Shown here in pieces: positions 48,291-56,904 of a stretch of DNA of 64,000 nucleotides (positions are counted from its first letter, which is position 1; the number at the start of each line of letters is the position of its first letter). Source of the DNA: an uncultured Clostridia bacterium (lineage in GTDB: Bacteria; Bacillota; Clostridia; Christensenellales; Borkfalkiaceae). The DNA is taken from the NCBI GenBank assembly GCA_944368925.1, contig CALVXG010000012.1, forward strand, positions 637-64,636. Direction: 5' to 3'. The notes beneath the pieces were generated by a model. That model was given only the letters and a program-made list of their open reading frames with translations. It made no database searches and had not been told where the DNA came from. The translations under genes and the position numbers were made by a program.

Positions 48291-49729
48291 TTTATCCCCT
48301 CGTCAATGATTTTCTTCAAGAGTTCCGTATCCGTATTTTGCTGAAAAATGTCCGCGAGCAATTCATAGTTTTTTTCTTTGATACCCGCCGTGTCGTCGTC
48401 ATACGAACAGCTTTTGCCCGTCAGCGCTTCAAGCATTCTCGGCACGATCCCGCGTGCGTCGAAAATTCCGTGCACATACGTCCCGTACACATTCCCCTGA
48501 CACACGACGGGCGAATCGTTCCCCGAAACGCCCATATGGATCTCATACCCGACATAGGACATTCCGCTCAGCGAGGAAAAAATCCCCGTAAGGGTTCCGA
48601 TCCTGCCCTGCACTTCCCGCAGACATTTTTCTTCGCCGAATACCGTGCGGATCGGCAACAAGCCCAATCCCGCCTCGCTTCCCTCGCACTCCATGCCCGT
48701 CGGGTCTTCCACGCTCTGCCCGAGAATCTGAAAGCCGCCGCATACGCCAAACACGGGAATTTTACGGTGCGCCGCAGCCACGATCTGTTCCGCAAGTCCG
48801 CTTTCTTTCAAAAAACGGAGATCACTGATCGTGCTCTTCGTTCCCGGAATGATCAGAAGATCCGGATTTCCGAATTCCTCCGGTTTTGCGATGTAGCGCA
48901 CCGAACAGTTTTCCGCCCTTTCAAAGGGGGCAAAGTCCGTAAAATTGGATATCTTCGGCAATCGGATGACAGCAATATCCGTCCCCGCAGCCTCCTTGCG
49001 CGCGAGCCGCTCGGACAGGCTGTCCTCATCATCAATATCCAATTTTGCATACGGCATGACGCCGAGCACGGGTTTTTTGGAGATCTTTTCCAAAAGTTTT
49101 TTCCCTTCGTCGAAAAGCGTAAGGTCGCCGCGGAATTTGTTGACGATCAGTCCTTTGACCAACGCGCGCTGATTTTCTTCCAACAAGGACAGCGTACCGC
49201 ACAACTGCGCAAAAATGCCGCCGCGGTCAATGTCGCCCACGAGCAGGACTGGCGCTTTCAGCCTTTCCGCCAAACCCATATTGACGATGTCGTTCTCGTT
49301 CAGATTCAGTTCGACGGGGCTCCCCGCTCCCTCGATCACGATCACGTCGTTTTCTGCCGCAAGGCTTTCATACGCCGATAAAATCGAAGGGATAAGTTTT
49401 TCTTTGTAGCGGAAATACTCCCGCGCAGCCATGTTGCCGATCGGCTTTCCCATGACGACGACCTGCGACCCCGTATCGGTGGTCGGCTTCAGCAAAACGG
49501 GATTCATGCGCACGTCGGGCAGTTTCTTCGCCGCCTCTGCCTGCACCGCCTGCGCCCTGCCCATCTCCGCACCGTCTGCCGTCACAAACGAGTTCAATGC
49601 CATATTCTGGGACTTGAAGGGCGCAACTTTGTACCCTTCCCGCACCAAATAGCGGCAGATCGCTGCCGCCGTAAGGCTCTTCCCCGCATTCGACATCGTT
49701 CCCTGTATCATCAAAGGTTTCGCTCTCAT
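48287..49729 (-). CDS. cobQ: cobyric acid synthase
   Basis: 480 aa. LMIQGTMSNAGKS at the N-terminus and a GATase-like C-terminal half (GVCGGFQILG). ATGA overlaps on both sides. Confidence 0.92.
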   Translation of the reverse strand: MRAKPLMIQGTMSNAGKSLTAAAICRYLVREGYKVAPFKSQNMALNSFVTADGAEMGRAQAVQAEAAKKLPDVRMNPVLLKPTTDTGSQVVVMGKPIGNMAAREYFRYKEKLIPSILSAYESLAAENDVIVIEGAGSPVELNLNENDIVNMGLAERLKAPVLLVGDIDRGGIFAQLCGTLSLLEENQRALVKGLIVNKFRGDLTLFDEGKKLLEKISKKPVLGVMPYAKLDIDDEDSLSERLARKEAAGTDIAVIRLPKISNFTDFAPFERAENCSVRYIAKPEEFGNPDLLIIPGTKSTISDLRFLKESGLAEQIVAAAHRKIPVFGVCGGFQILGQSVEDPTGMECEGSEAGLGLLPIRTVFGEEKCLREVQGRIGTLTGIFSSLSGMSYVGYEIHMGVSGNDSPVVCQGNVYGTYVHGIFDARGIVPRMLEALTGKSCSYDDDTAGIKEKNYELLADIFQQNTDTELLKKIIDEGIN

Positions 49730-50742
49730 TTCATTACCTCGTTCAGCGCTTTGAGCAATATCCTGTTCTCCCGCCCCGTACGTACGGCAACCCTATAAAA
49801 CTTTCGCCCCTTTTCTGCGGTCAAACCTACAAAATCGTCGCACACGCGGATAGCGATCCCCTTTGCCCGAAGGCGGACGGCAAGATCTTCCTCCCCTTCA
49901 AACAAAATAAAATTCGCCTGCGAAGGGAGTGGCGCATACCCGCATCTCTTCAACCCGTCCGAAAGATATTCCCGTTCCTTTCGGATCAGCTTGCGCAACG
50001 CTACAAGATATTCACCGTCGCGCGCGGCCGCTATGCCTGCCGCCTGCGCGAGCGCCGAAACGCTCCACGGCTGTACCAGTTCGGATATGGCAAGAAGTTT
50101 TTGCGGATCGCCCATCAGATAACCGAGCCGTACCCCCGCCTGCGCGTAACTTTTTGTAAAAGCCTGCAGGACAAAGACGTTTTCAAACGCGAGCAGTTCC
50201 CTTAGCGAAAAGGGTGGTTCGCTCACAAAATCATAAAAACACGCGTCCGCAAACACCGTTGCCCCCGCAGCCGCACACCGATCGATCAGCCCGAAAAGCT
50301 CCTCTTTCGCAAGTATCGCCCCGTCCGGGTTGTTCGGTATGCAGACAAAAACGGTATCGCTTTCCTGAAATTGAATTTTCTTCGCGTTTTCGATCCCGTA
50401 AACGTATTCGATCCTCCCCTTGTACGCAGAAAACGCGGAAGCATACTCCGTGAACGTGGGAGAAAGAATATATGCCTTATCTCCCGCATGATACGCGGCG
50501 TACGCATAGATCAGTTCCGCCGCACCGTTCCCGACAAGAATCCGATCGGACGGCACTCCTTCCTTTTCGGAAAGCGTACCGCGAAGCTCCCTGCAATACG
50601 GATCCGGATAGCGACCCGCCCTTTTCAGCGCGCCGACGATCGCCCGCCGCACTTTGCCGCTCATGCCGAGCGGACTTACGTTGATCGAAAAATCATATCT
50701 TGCGCACAGATCTCCGCCGTGCGCATCCCGTAAAAAGCGCAT
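49726..50742 (-). CDS. cobD: threonine-phosphate decarboxylase (class I/II aminotransferase fold)
   Basis: 338 aa. HGGD near the N-terminus, NPNNPDG-like IPNNPDG, and the context between cbiB and cobQ. Confidence 0.85.
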   Translation of the reverse strand: MRFLRDAHGGDLCARYDFSINVSPLGMSGKVRRAIVGALKRAGRYPDPYCRELRGTLSEKEGVPSDRILVGNGAAELIYAYAAYHAGDKAYILSPTFTEYASAFSAYKGRIEYVYGIENAKKIQFQESDTVFVCIPNNPDGAILAKEELFGLIDRCAAAGATVFADACFYDFVSEPPFSLRELLAFENVFVLQAFTKSYAQAGVRLGYLMGDPQKLLAISELVQPWSVSALAQAAGIAAARDGEYLVALRKLIRKEREYLSDGLKRCGYAPLPSQANFILFEGEEDLAVRLRAKGIAIRVCDDFVGLTAEKGRKFYRVAVRTGRENRILLKALNEVMK

Positions 50743-50753
50743 ATACCTTCCCC

Positions 50754-51734
50754 TTAAACGATAAAAAGAAATATTGCGGCAATCAAAGAAAATACAACCA
50801 GCGCCAAAAACGCGGTCATATACATAAGCCTGTTCGCCCGAACAATGTCAAACGGACAAATTTCCTGCAACGCCTCGCCGATAAACGGTTTCTTGTGCAG
50901 CACCCCGTGGTAAATGGCGTCGCCCGCGAGCCGCAAGCCGAGCGCACCCGCGCATACAGATTCCGTTTGTGCCGAATTGGGAGACGCGTGTTTTCTCCGA
51001 TCCCTGCGATATATTCTGACGGCATTGCGCGGCCTGTAACGCAGCAGAAAACTGGCCGCGATCATGAAAAGCGCGCTCAGCCTGGACGGAATGAAATTAA
51101 AGACATCGTCCGTTCTCGCCGCGACCTTTCCGAAATACAGGTAATCGTTTTCTTTGTACCCGACCATCGAATCCATCGTGTTCACCGCTTTGTATAAAAA
51201 TCCGCCTACGGCGCCGCCCAAAAACAGATAGAAAAGCGGCGCGATCACCCCGTCGGACGTGTTTTCCGCAACCGTCTCCACAGCGGCGCACGCAATGCCG
51301 TCCGCATCCAGTACGCTCGTATCCCGTCCGACGATCATCGAAACCGCCTTGCGGGCCCCTTCCGTATCCTTCTCTTTCAGTTTTTTATAAACTTTGCAGC
51401 TTTCTTTTTTCAGACTGTGCGCAGCCAAAATCTGCCAGCAAAATACGGACGAAAGCGCGAGATATGCGTACGGGCTCAGCCAATAGCACAAGTACAAAAG
51501 CCCGAACGGCACACCTGCCGATACGATACATACAACAAGGACAAGGAACGTCCCGCCGCACACTTCGCCGCCCGCCGTCTTCGGAAAAATCTTGCGAAGC
51601 ACCTTTTCCGATTTTGCGATCAGCCAACCGATCGCACAGATGGGGTGCGGCAAAAAACGCGGGTCGCCGATGAGAAGATCGATGACAAACCCGATCAAAA
51701 TCGAATAAAACGTAAACCGAAACAATTCTACCAT
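50754..51734 (-). CDS. cbiB: adenosylcobinamide-phosphate synthase
   Basis: A multi-TM protein with VIDLLIGDPRFLPHPI at the N-terminus. I chose the ATG at 51734; the track start at 51770 would overlap cobC by 43 nt. Confidence 0.88.
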   Translation of the reverse strand: MVELFRFTFYSILIGFVIDLLIGDPRFLPHPICAIGWLIAKSEKVLRKIFPKTAGGEVCGGTFLVLVVCIVSAGVPFGLLYLCYWLSPYAYLALSSVFCWQILAAHSLKKESCKVYKKLKEKDTEGARKAVSMIVGRDTSVLDADGIACAAVETVAENTSDGVIAPLFYLFLGGAVGGFLYKAVNTMDSMVGYKENDYLYFGKVAARTDDVFNFIPSRLSALFMIAASFLLRYRPRNAVRIYRRDRRKHASPNSAQTESVCAGALGLRLAGDAIYHGVLHKKPFIGEALQEICPFDIVRANRLMYMTAFLALVVFSLIAAIFLFIV

Positions 51735-52294
51735 AGAAACCGCTCCACCGTCAGGCTGCCATTCTCCCATACAGTCTCGATGCCCTGCCCGTTGGAAAGA
51801 TGGTAATCGTAAAAATCTTTTTTCGCACGGTCGAATGCAGACAAGATCGCCATGATCGTCCCGCCGTGCACCACCAAAGCCGCCGCACTCCCGTCTTTGA
51901 CCGACTGCATAAATTCCGCAAACGCCGCGGCGCAGCGCTCTTTAAATTTCTGCGGATCCTCGCCCTGCGGGAAGGCGTTTTTTCCGTTCGAATCGATCCA
52001 TGCCTGGTACGCTGGGTCGTCGGAAAGCTCAAGATAATTTTTACCCTCAAACGTGCCGAAATCGCACTCGCGGAAATCTTCCACAATCCGGTACTCTTGT
52101 CCGGAATACAAAATCTGTGCCGTCTGCATGCACCGAAGCATCGGCGAAACCGCGACCACGTCAACACGCGGTGCCGTCTTTCCTTTCAGCTGCGCGATAC
52201 CTTGTTCGCTGAGCGGCTCGTCCGTTTTGCCTATATACCGTTTCTTTTCGTTTCCGGCCGTAAGGCCGTGCCGTATGAAATACACCCTATTCAT
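51728..52294 (-). CDS. cobC: alpha-ribazole phosphatase (histidine phosphatase family)
   Basis: VYFIRHGLTAGN is the RHG motif. I moved the start to the ATG at 52294, which gives an ATGA overlap with the upstream gene. Confidence 0.85.
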   Translation of the reverse strand: MNRVYFIRHGLTAGNEKKRYIGKTDEPLSEQGIAQLKGKTAPRVDVVAVSPMLRCMQTAQILYSGQEYRIVEDFRECDFGTFEGKNYLELSDDPAYQAWIDSNGKNAFPQGEDPQKFKERCAAAFAEFMQSVKDGSAAALVVHGGTIMAILSAFDRAKKDFYDYHLSNGQGIETVWENGSLTVERFLW

Positions 52295-52641
52295 TTTATT
52301 CTCTGTCCTATTCCCGCAAAGACACGGATCACCCGATCCGCCCGCTTTGCTATGGCGCACAGCGTTCTGCCCACGTCGTCACGATAGTCACGTTCGCTCT
52401 TTTCCATCGGAACGATCCCCATCCCCACTTCGTCGCAGCAAAGTATGCAATCGTGCGAAAATCTGTTTTCCAACTCCCGCAAAACAGCTTCGCCGCCGCG
52501 CTCGCGGATCAGCTTTTCCAGATGCACGATCGCCTTGTTTTCCCCGAACGCGCAGGCAATTTCCTCGTCCGTCACATTCAATTCTCTGCGGATATATTCC
52601 GTTTTACCCTGCGCTCTCCCGCCGATCACAAGCACGATCAT
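52291..52641 (-). CDS. truncated CobU-like P-loop protein (mini-CobU, 116 aa)
   Basis: The ATG at 52641 is preceded by GGAGGAAA. Sequence: MIVLVIGGRAQGKTEYI...CDEVGMGIVPMEKSERDYRDDVGRTLCAIAKRADRVIRVFAGIGQRIK. It has the CobU P-loop and C-terminal motifs but lacks the middle of the protein. In the ORF track it is hidden inside a 394-aa composite ORF. Confidence 0.7.
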   Translation of the reverse strand: MIVLVIGGRAQGKTEYIRRELNVTDEEIACAFGENKAIVHLEKLIRERGGEAVLRELENRFSHDCILCCDEVGMGIVPMEKSERDYRDDVGRTLCAIAKRADRVIRVFAGIGQRIK

Positions 52642-53399
52642 AAAAGATTTCCTCCAAGCACCGCCGCAAACAACATGACAAGTTCCACGATCTGCACCAT
52701 CCAGCCTGCAAGATCTCCCGAAATGCCGCCAAACACCTTGAACATGACCGCTACGCAGCAAAGGTATGCGGCGAGTCCGCAGACACAGACGATCGCGCCC
52801 AACACGGGGAAAAACAACACGGAAAACACGACGGCGCCTGCAACCCAAAGAAGCGATACGGCCGTCACAGCCGCCCGCGCACCCGCTTCCTTGAACGCGG
52901 AGACGAGTCCCTCTTTCGCCGAAGGAAAATTTGCCACCGAAAACGCGCTGAGCCCTCTTGCAAACGTGAACGCGGAAGAAAAGATGAGATACGCTTGCAA
53001 AGTACAGCTCGCAGCACAACCGAAGTAGAAGACAAAATATACGGCGCACCAGATCACCGCGAACGCACCCGTATGCGAATCTTTTAAAATTTCCAGTTTC
53101 TTTTCGCGCGGCTGATGCGACGAGATCGCATCCGTCGTGTCGCAGAACCCGTCCATGTGGATCCCGCCCGTAATCAGAAGAGGTATCCCCGTGAGAGCCG
53201 CCCCGATCAAAAATACAGGCAGTCCCAAATAATTCAAAAGATAAAATACACCGTAACATACGGCGCCGATCACCGTCCCGATCAAAGGGAAAAAACACAG
53301 CGCATACCGCATGTTCCGTTCGTTCCACTCCGCCTGCGGCACAGGTATCCTGGAATACATCGATACGGCTATCAGAAAGCTGTTCCAGACGCTCTTCAT
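52638..53399 (-). CDS. cobS: adenosylcobinamide-GDP ribazoletransferase (cobalamin synthase)
   Basis: A polytopic membrane protein with FLIAVSMYSRIPVP at the N-terminus and HMDGFCDTTD. I moved the start to the ATG at 53399, giving an ATGA overlap with cobU. Confidence 0.9.
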   Translation of the reverse strand: MKSVWNSFLIAVSMYSRIPVPQAEWNERNMRYALCFFPLIGTVIGAVCYGVFYLLNYLGLPVFLIGAALTGIPLLITGGIHMDGFCDTTDAISSHQPREKKLEILKDSHTGAFAVIWCAVYFVFYFGCAASCTLQAYLIFSSAFTFARGLSAFSVANFPSAKEGLVSAFKEAGARAAVTAVSLLWVAGAVVFSVLFFPVLGAIVCVCGLAAYLCCVAVMFKVFGGISGDLAGWMVQIVELVMLFAAVLGGNLL

Positions 53400-53914
53400 A
53401 CCAATTCCCCTTTGTGCACGACGGGAATCCCGTACACACTCTCCACGACAAGCTCCGCCATTCGGCAAAGCTCACAGTTCAGCCTGCCCAATATATCGAT
53501 GTAGCGCTCTGTCTCCGCATCGTATTCTGCTCCGTCCGAAAAGACTTCGTTCGTAACGATCACCACACTGTTTTTTTCGGCAAGAGCTTTTACCTCGCCG
53601 AGAATAACCCCTGCAGGATCCTCGTCGCGATCGCAAAACATGGCGTTCGCCAGACGATTGGAAAGGCATTCGAGCAAAATCACTCCGCCGCTCGGTTCCG
53701 TGTCCAGATACGAAGGGCATTCCACCGTGACGAAACCGCGTCCCGCACGCTGCCGTCTGTGCTTTTCCACGCGCCTTTCACCTTCCTTGTCCCATACCCG
53801 CATGGTCGCGTAATAGTAAAGGCCGCCCTTACGGCTCTCCGCTAAACGGATCGCACATTTCTCCGCAAGCTCCGATTTTCCGCTGCCGCTCCCGCCGCTG
53901 AACACGCAGATCAT
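53396..53914 (-). CDS. cobU: bifunctional adenosylcobinamide kinase / adenosylcobinamide-phosphate guanylyltransferase
   Basis: 172 aa. P-loop SGGSGSGKS, a His-containing loop RRVEKHRRQR, and VIVTNEV. Confidence 0.88.
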   Translation of the reverse strand: MICVFSGGSGSGKSELAEKCAIRLAESRKGGLYYYATMRVWDKEGERRVEKHRRQRAGRGFVTVECPSYLDTEPSGGVILLECLSNRLANAMFCDRDEDPAGVILGEVKALAEKNSVVIVTNEVFSDGAEYDAETERYIDILGRLNCELCRMAELVVESVYGIPVVHKGELV

Positions 53915-54948
53915 AAAGGCTTATACTCCTCGATCCCCGTATCCGAAAAACAGAGCATTTCATGAAACACAGCGTACGCCATATCGAGAAGAGGCATCAG
54001 AGCCACCGCGCCCGTTCCTTCCCCCAAGGCCATGCCTGCCTGGATCGGCGCCGTCATGCCGAGCGCGGAAAAGACATAGCGGGCGGCGGGTTCCCCCGAC
54101 ATATGGCTCGCGATCATATAATTTTTACTCTCCGGACACAGCAACGCGGCACACAGCGCCGCAACGGACGAAATCACCCCGTCGATCAAGACAGGCACGC
54201 CCGCTTCCGCTCCGCCTATGAATACACCGCACATACCCGCGATATCCAATCCGCCGACCTTGGACAAAACGTCCGCAACGTCCGCGCGGTTCGGTTTCAG
54301 CCGTGCGATGGACTCCTTGATCACGCGTACTTTTTTTATAAGGCCGCTGTCAGAAAGTCCCGCACCTTTCCCCGTCAATTTTTCTGCGGGGATTTCCAAT
54401 AGAACGCTCGCGACGGCACTGGTCGTCGTAGTATTGCCGATTCCCATTTCACCCGTAGCAAACAGATCGTACCCCTTGTCCGCATATTCGCGGACAAGCG
54501 ACCTCCCCGTATCGATCGCGCGAAGGCATTGTTCGCGCGTCATCGCCTCTGTCTTGTAAAAATTACCCGTTCCGCGCATGACGTGACAGTCCCGCACGTT
54601 CGGTACGGCTTTTTGCATCCCTATGTCGATGGGAAGCACGTCTGCGCGGGCAACTTTCGCCATCTTGCAGACCGTGGCATCCCCTTTGGACATATTCTCC
54701 GCAACAACGGCCGTCACCTCGCTGCCTGTCTGCGTCACGCCTTCCTCGACGACACCGTTGTCCGCACAAAAGACGAGCACACAGCGCTTTTGAAGATCCC
54801 GTTTGCCCGGCATTCCTTCTATGCGGCTGACAATATCCTCGAATACACCCATCCCGTGCAGAGGCTTTGCCAGCAAATCCCAACGCCGCAGCGCCTTTTC
54901 GTATTTTTCTGTATCATATTGCATCGGGTTGTACGACATGCCTTTCAC
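53911..54948 (-). CDS. cobT: nicotinate-nucleotide--dimethylbenzimidazole phosphoribosyltransferase
   Basis: 345 aa. LAKPLHGMGVFEDI, GEMGIGNTT and the glycine-rich C-terminal half are typical of CobT. Confidence 0.92.
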   Translation of the reverse strand: MKGMSYNPMQYDTEKYEKALRRWDLLAKPLHGMGVFEDIVSRIEGMPGKRDLQKRCVLVFCADNGVVEEGVTQTGSEVTAVVAENMSKGDATVCKMAKVARADVLPIDIGMQKAVPNVRDCHVMRGTGNFYKTEAMTREQCLRAIDTGRSLVREYADKGYDLFATGEMGIGNTTTTSAVASVLLEIPAEKLTGKGAGLSDSGLIKKVRVIKESIARLKPNRADVADVLSKVGGLDIAGMCGVFIGGAEAGVPVLIDGVISSVAALCAALLCPESKNYMIASHMSGEPAARYVFSALGMTAPIQAGMALGEGTGAVALMPLLDMAYAVFHEMLCFSDTGIEEYKPL

Positions 54949-54954
54949 TCCTTT

Positions 54955-55572
54955 TCAGCCGCGCTGAACAATCGAATATAAAATCGCGTTGCAGATCGCC
55001 GCGGCTACGTTCGAGCCGCCCTTTCTTCCTTTCGCCACGATGCAAGGGATTCCGCTCGCCAGGAGTTCTTCTTTGCTCTCGCATACGTGCACGAAACCGA
55101 CGGGTACACCGATCACGGCAATCGGATGCGCTTTCCCCGCACGGACGCATTCGAGCAGGGACAAAATTGCAGTCGGCGCATTTCCGATCGCAAATACGCA
55201 AGGCTCCTGCAATGCCGCCGCCCGCTCCATCGAAACCGCCGCCCGCGTGATGCCACGCCTTTTCGCTTCGGCCGCCACGTCTTCGTCGGACATAAAACAG
55301 CGGATGCCAATCCCGAGCCGCTCTGCGGTCGCTTTGCTGATCCCCGCCTTCGCCATCATCGTGTCCGTCACGATGGTACAACCTTCCGAAAAAGCCTTTT
55401 TCAAAAGGGCTACCACGTTCTCCGAAAAGACAAGATTGTCCGCATAGTCAAAATCGGCCGTCGTATGGATCACCCTTTTTACGATCTCTTCCGTTCCCGC
55501 AGCCAATTTCTTGCCGCCCAATTCGCGGCCGATTATTTCAAAACTCTTCTGCTCGATCTCCATCGGTTTCAT
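54955..55572 (-). CDS. cbiC: precorrin-8X / cobalt-precorrin-8 methylmutase
   Basis: 205 aa. IEQKSFEIIGRE, VKRVIHTTADFDY and AIGNAPTA motifs. Confidence 0.9.
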   Translation of the reverse strand: MKPMEIEQKSFEIIGRELGGKKLAAGTEEIVKRVIHTTADFDYADNLVFSENVVALLKKAFSEGCTIVTDTMMAKAGISKATAERLGIGIRCFMSDEDVAAEAKRRGITRAAVSMERAAALQEPCVFAIGNAPTAILSLLECVRAGKAHPIAVIGVPVGFVHVCESKEELLASGIPCIVAKGRKGGSNVAAAICNAILYSIVQRG

Positions 55573-56903
55573 ATTCTTTCACTCTTCCTTTTCAGACATT
55601 CTCTGTAAAAATGCTCCGCCGCCTTCAGATTCCCGTAAAAATGTATGTGCGGAAATCCAGCAGCCATCCTTTCGTTTGCAAAAATACAATCGTACTCGCT
55701 CTCCCGCCGCCGCGCAGTAAAGTCCCCGCCGTTTTGCGTACAGTCGTAATAATGAAACTCGTGCACCCGCAATTTGTCGCCCTTTTTCGCGATCAGACAA
55801 TCGCGCTTGGCTTCAAGTTCCACATACCCGAACCGCATGAGCCTGCCTTTATTTTCGCACACGCCGCCCAGTACGCCCGCCATCTCCTTGCCGTCCAAAA
55901 GACGGTTCAGATACATAAATCCGCCGCATTCCGCAAAGAAGGGAATTCCTCTTTCCGCGGCCTCGCGAATGCTCGCTTTCATGCTCTCGTTCTTCGACAG
56001 AGCTTCGGCATACAATTCCGGATACCCGCCGCCCAGATAAATGCAATCTGTCTTCGGAACGCACGCATCGCGAAGGGGCGAAAAATAATCGATCTGTGCC
56101 CCCATCTTCCGCAGAAGATCGAGATTCTCTTTATAATAAAAGCAGAACGCCTCGTCTTTGGCGACCGCAATGCGGATCTCCTCCAACTTCGGTACGGGTA
56201 AATCTTCGTAAATGAGCGGTTTTGCGCCCGACGACAGCGCGAGCAAACCGTTCAGGTCGATCGTCTCTTCCGCCTGCTCGGCCAGATGCTGCGTCATCTC
56301 GCGAAGACCGCAAACCTCTTCGGCCGTCACCAACCCTAAATGCCTGCTCTTTAAAATATACTTTTCCGGTAAGGGCGGAAAATATCCGTACAGTTTTGCG
56401 CGCGGGTCTTTCCACGCGGCGCGGATCCCTTCATACGTCTTTTTTGTGACGCGGTTAAGAATAAACCCGCAGATGCCGCTATTCTCTTTGAAATTTAAAA
56501 ATCCCTGCATGACGGCAAGCGCGGAGAGCGCGCTCCCGCGCGCATCGACCACGAGCACGGACGGAATTTCCAAACGTTTCGCAACATCGAATGCACTGCA
56601 ATCGGACGTGAACCCTATCCCGTCATAATATCCCATTGCACCTTCCGCAAGGTTGATTTCTCCCGCATTCTCCGCCATGACGTACGGCAGCCATTGCCCG
56701 CAAAAATACGGATCGAGATTGGAAGAAGCTGCCTGTATGACCGAAGAATGAAACATGGGATCTATGTAATCGGGCCCGCACTTGAACGCCGCCGCGTTCA
56801 TACCCCGATTTTTCAGCGCCTGCAGGATCGAACAGAAAATCGTCGTCTTGCCGCACCCGCTGTTTGTCCCGCTGATCATCAGCCTTGGTATGTTCTTTTC
56901 CAT
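55569..56903 (-). CDS. cbiA: cobyrinate a,c-diamide synthase
   Basis: 444 aa. ISGTNSGCGKTT P-loop, and a GATase half with ECGGFMYL. Confidence 0.92.
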   Translation of the reverse strand: MEKNIPRLMISGTNSGCGKTTIFCSILQALKNRGMNAAAFKCGPDYIDPMFHSSVIQAASSNLDPYFCGQWLPYVMAENAGEINLAEGAMGYYDGIGFTSDCSAFDVAKRLEIPSVLVVDARGSALSALAVMQGFLNFKENSGICGFILNRVTKKTYEGIRAAWKDPRAKLYGYFPPLPEKYILKSRHLGLVTAEEVCGLREMTQHLAEQAEETIDLNGLLALSSGAKPLIYEDLPVPKLEEIRIAVAKDEAFCFYYKENLDLLRKMGAQIDYFSPLRDACVPKTDCIYLGGGYPELYAEALSKNESMKASIREAAERGIPFFAECGGFMYLNRLLDGKEMAGVLGGVCENKGRLMRFGYVELEAKRDCLIAKKGDKLRVHEFHYYDCTQNGGDFTARRRESEYDCIFANERMAAGFPHIHFYGNLKAAEHFYRECLKRKSERI

Positions 56904-56904
56904 T

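Noticed and set aside
52291-53475. A 394-aa minus-strand ORF spans the cobS region.
   Set aside because: Only its last 116 codons, from the ATG at 52641 with a GGAGGA RBS, look like a protein (mini-CobU). The upstream 278 codons are an alternative frame across cobS. They are rich in Arg, Gly and Cys and have no motifs. The cobS frame (52638-53399) has clear CobS signatures.
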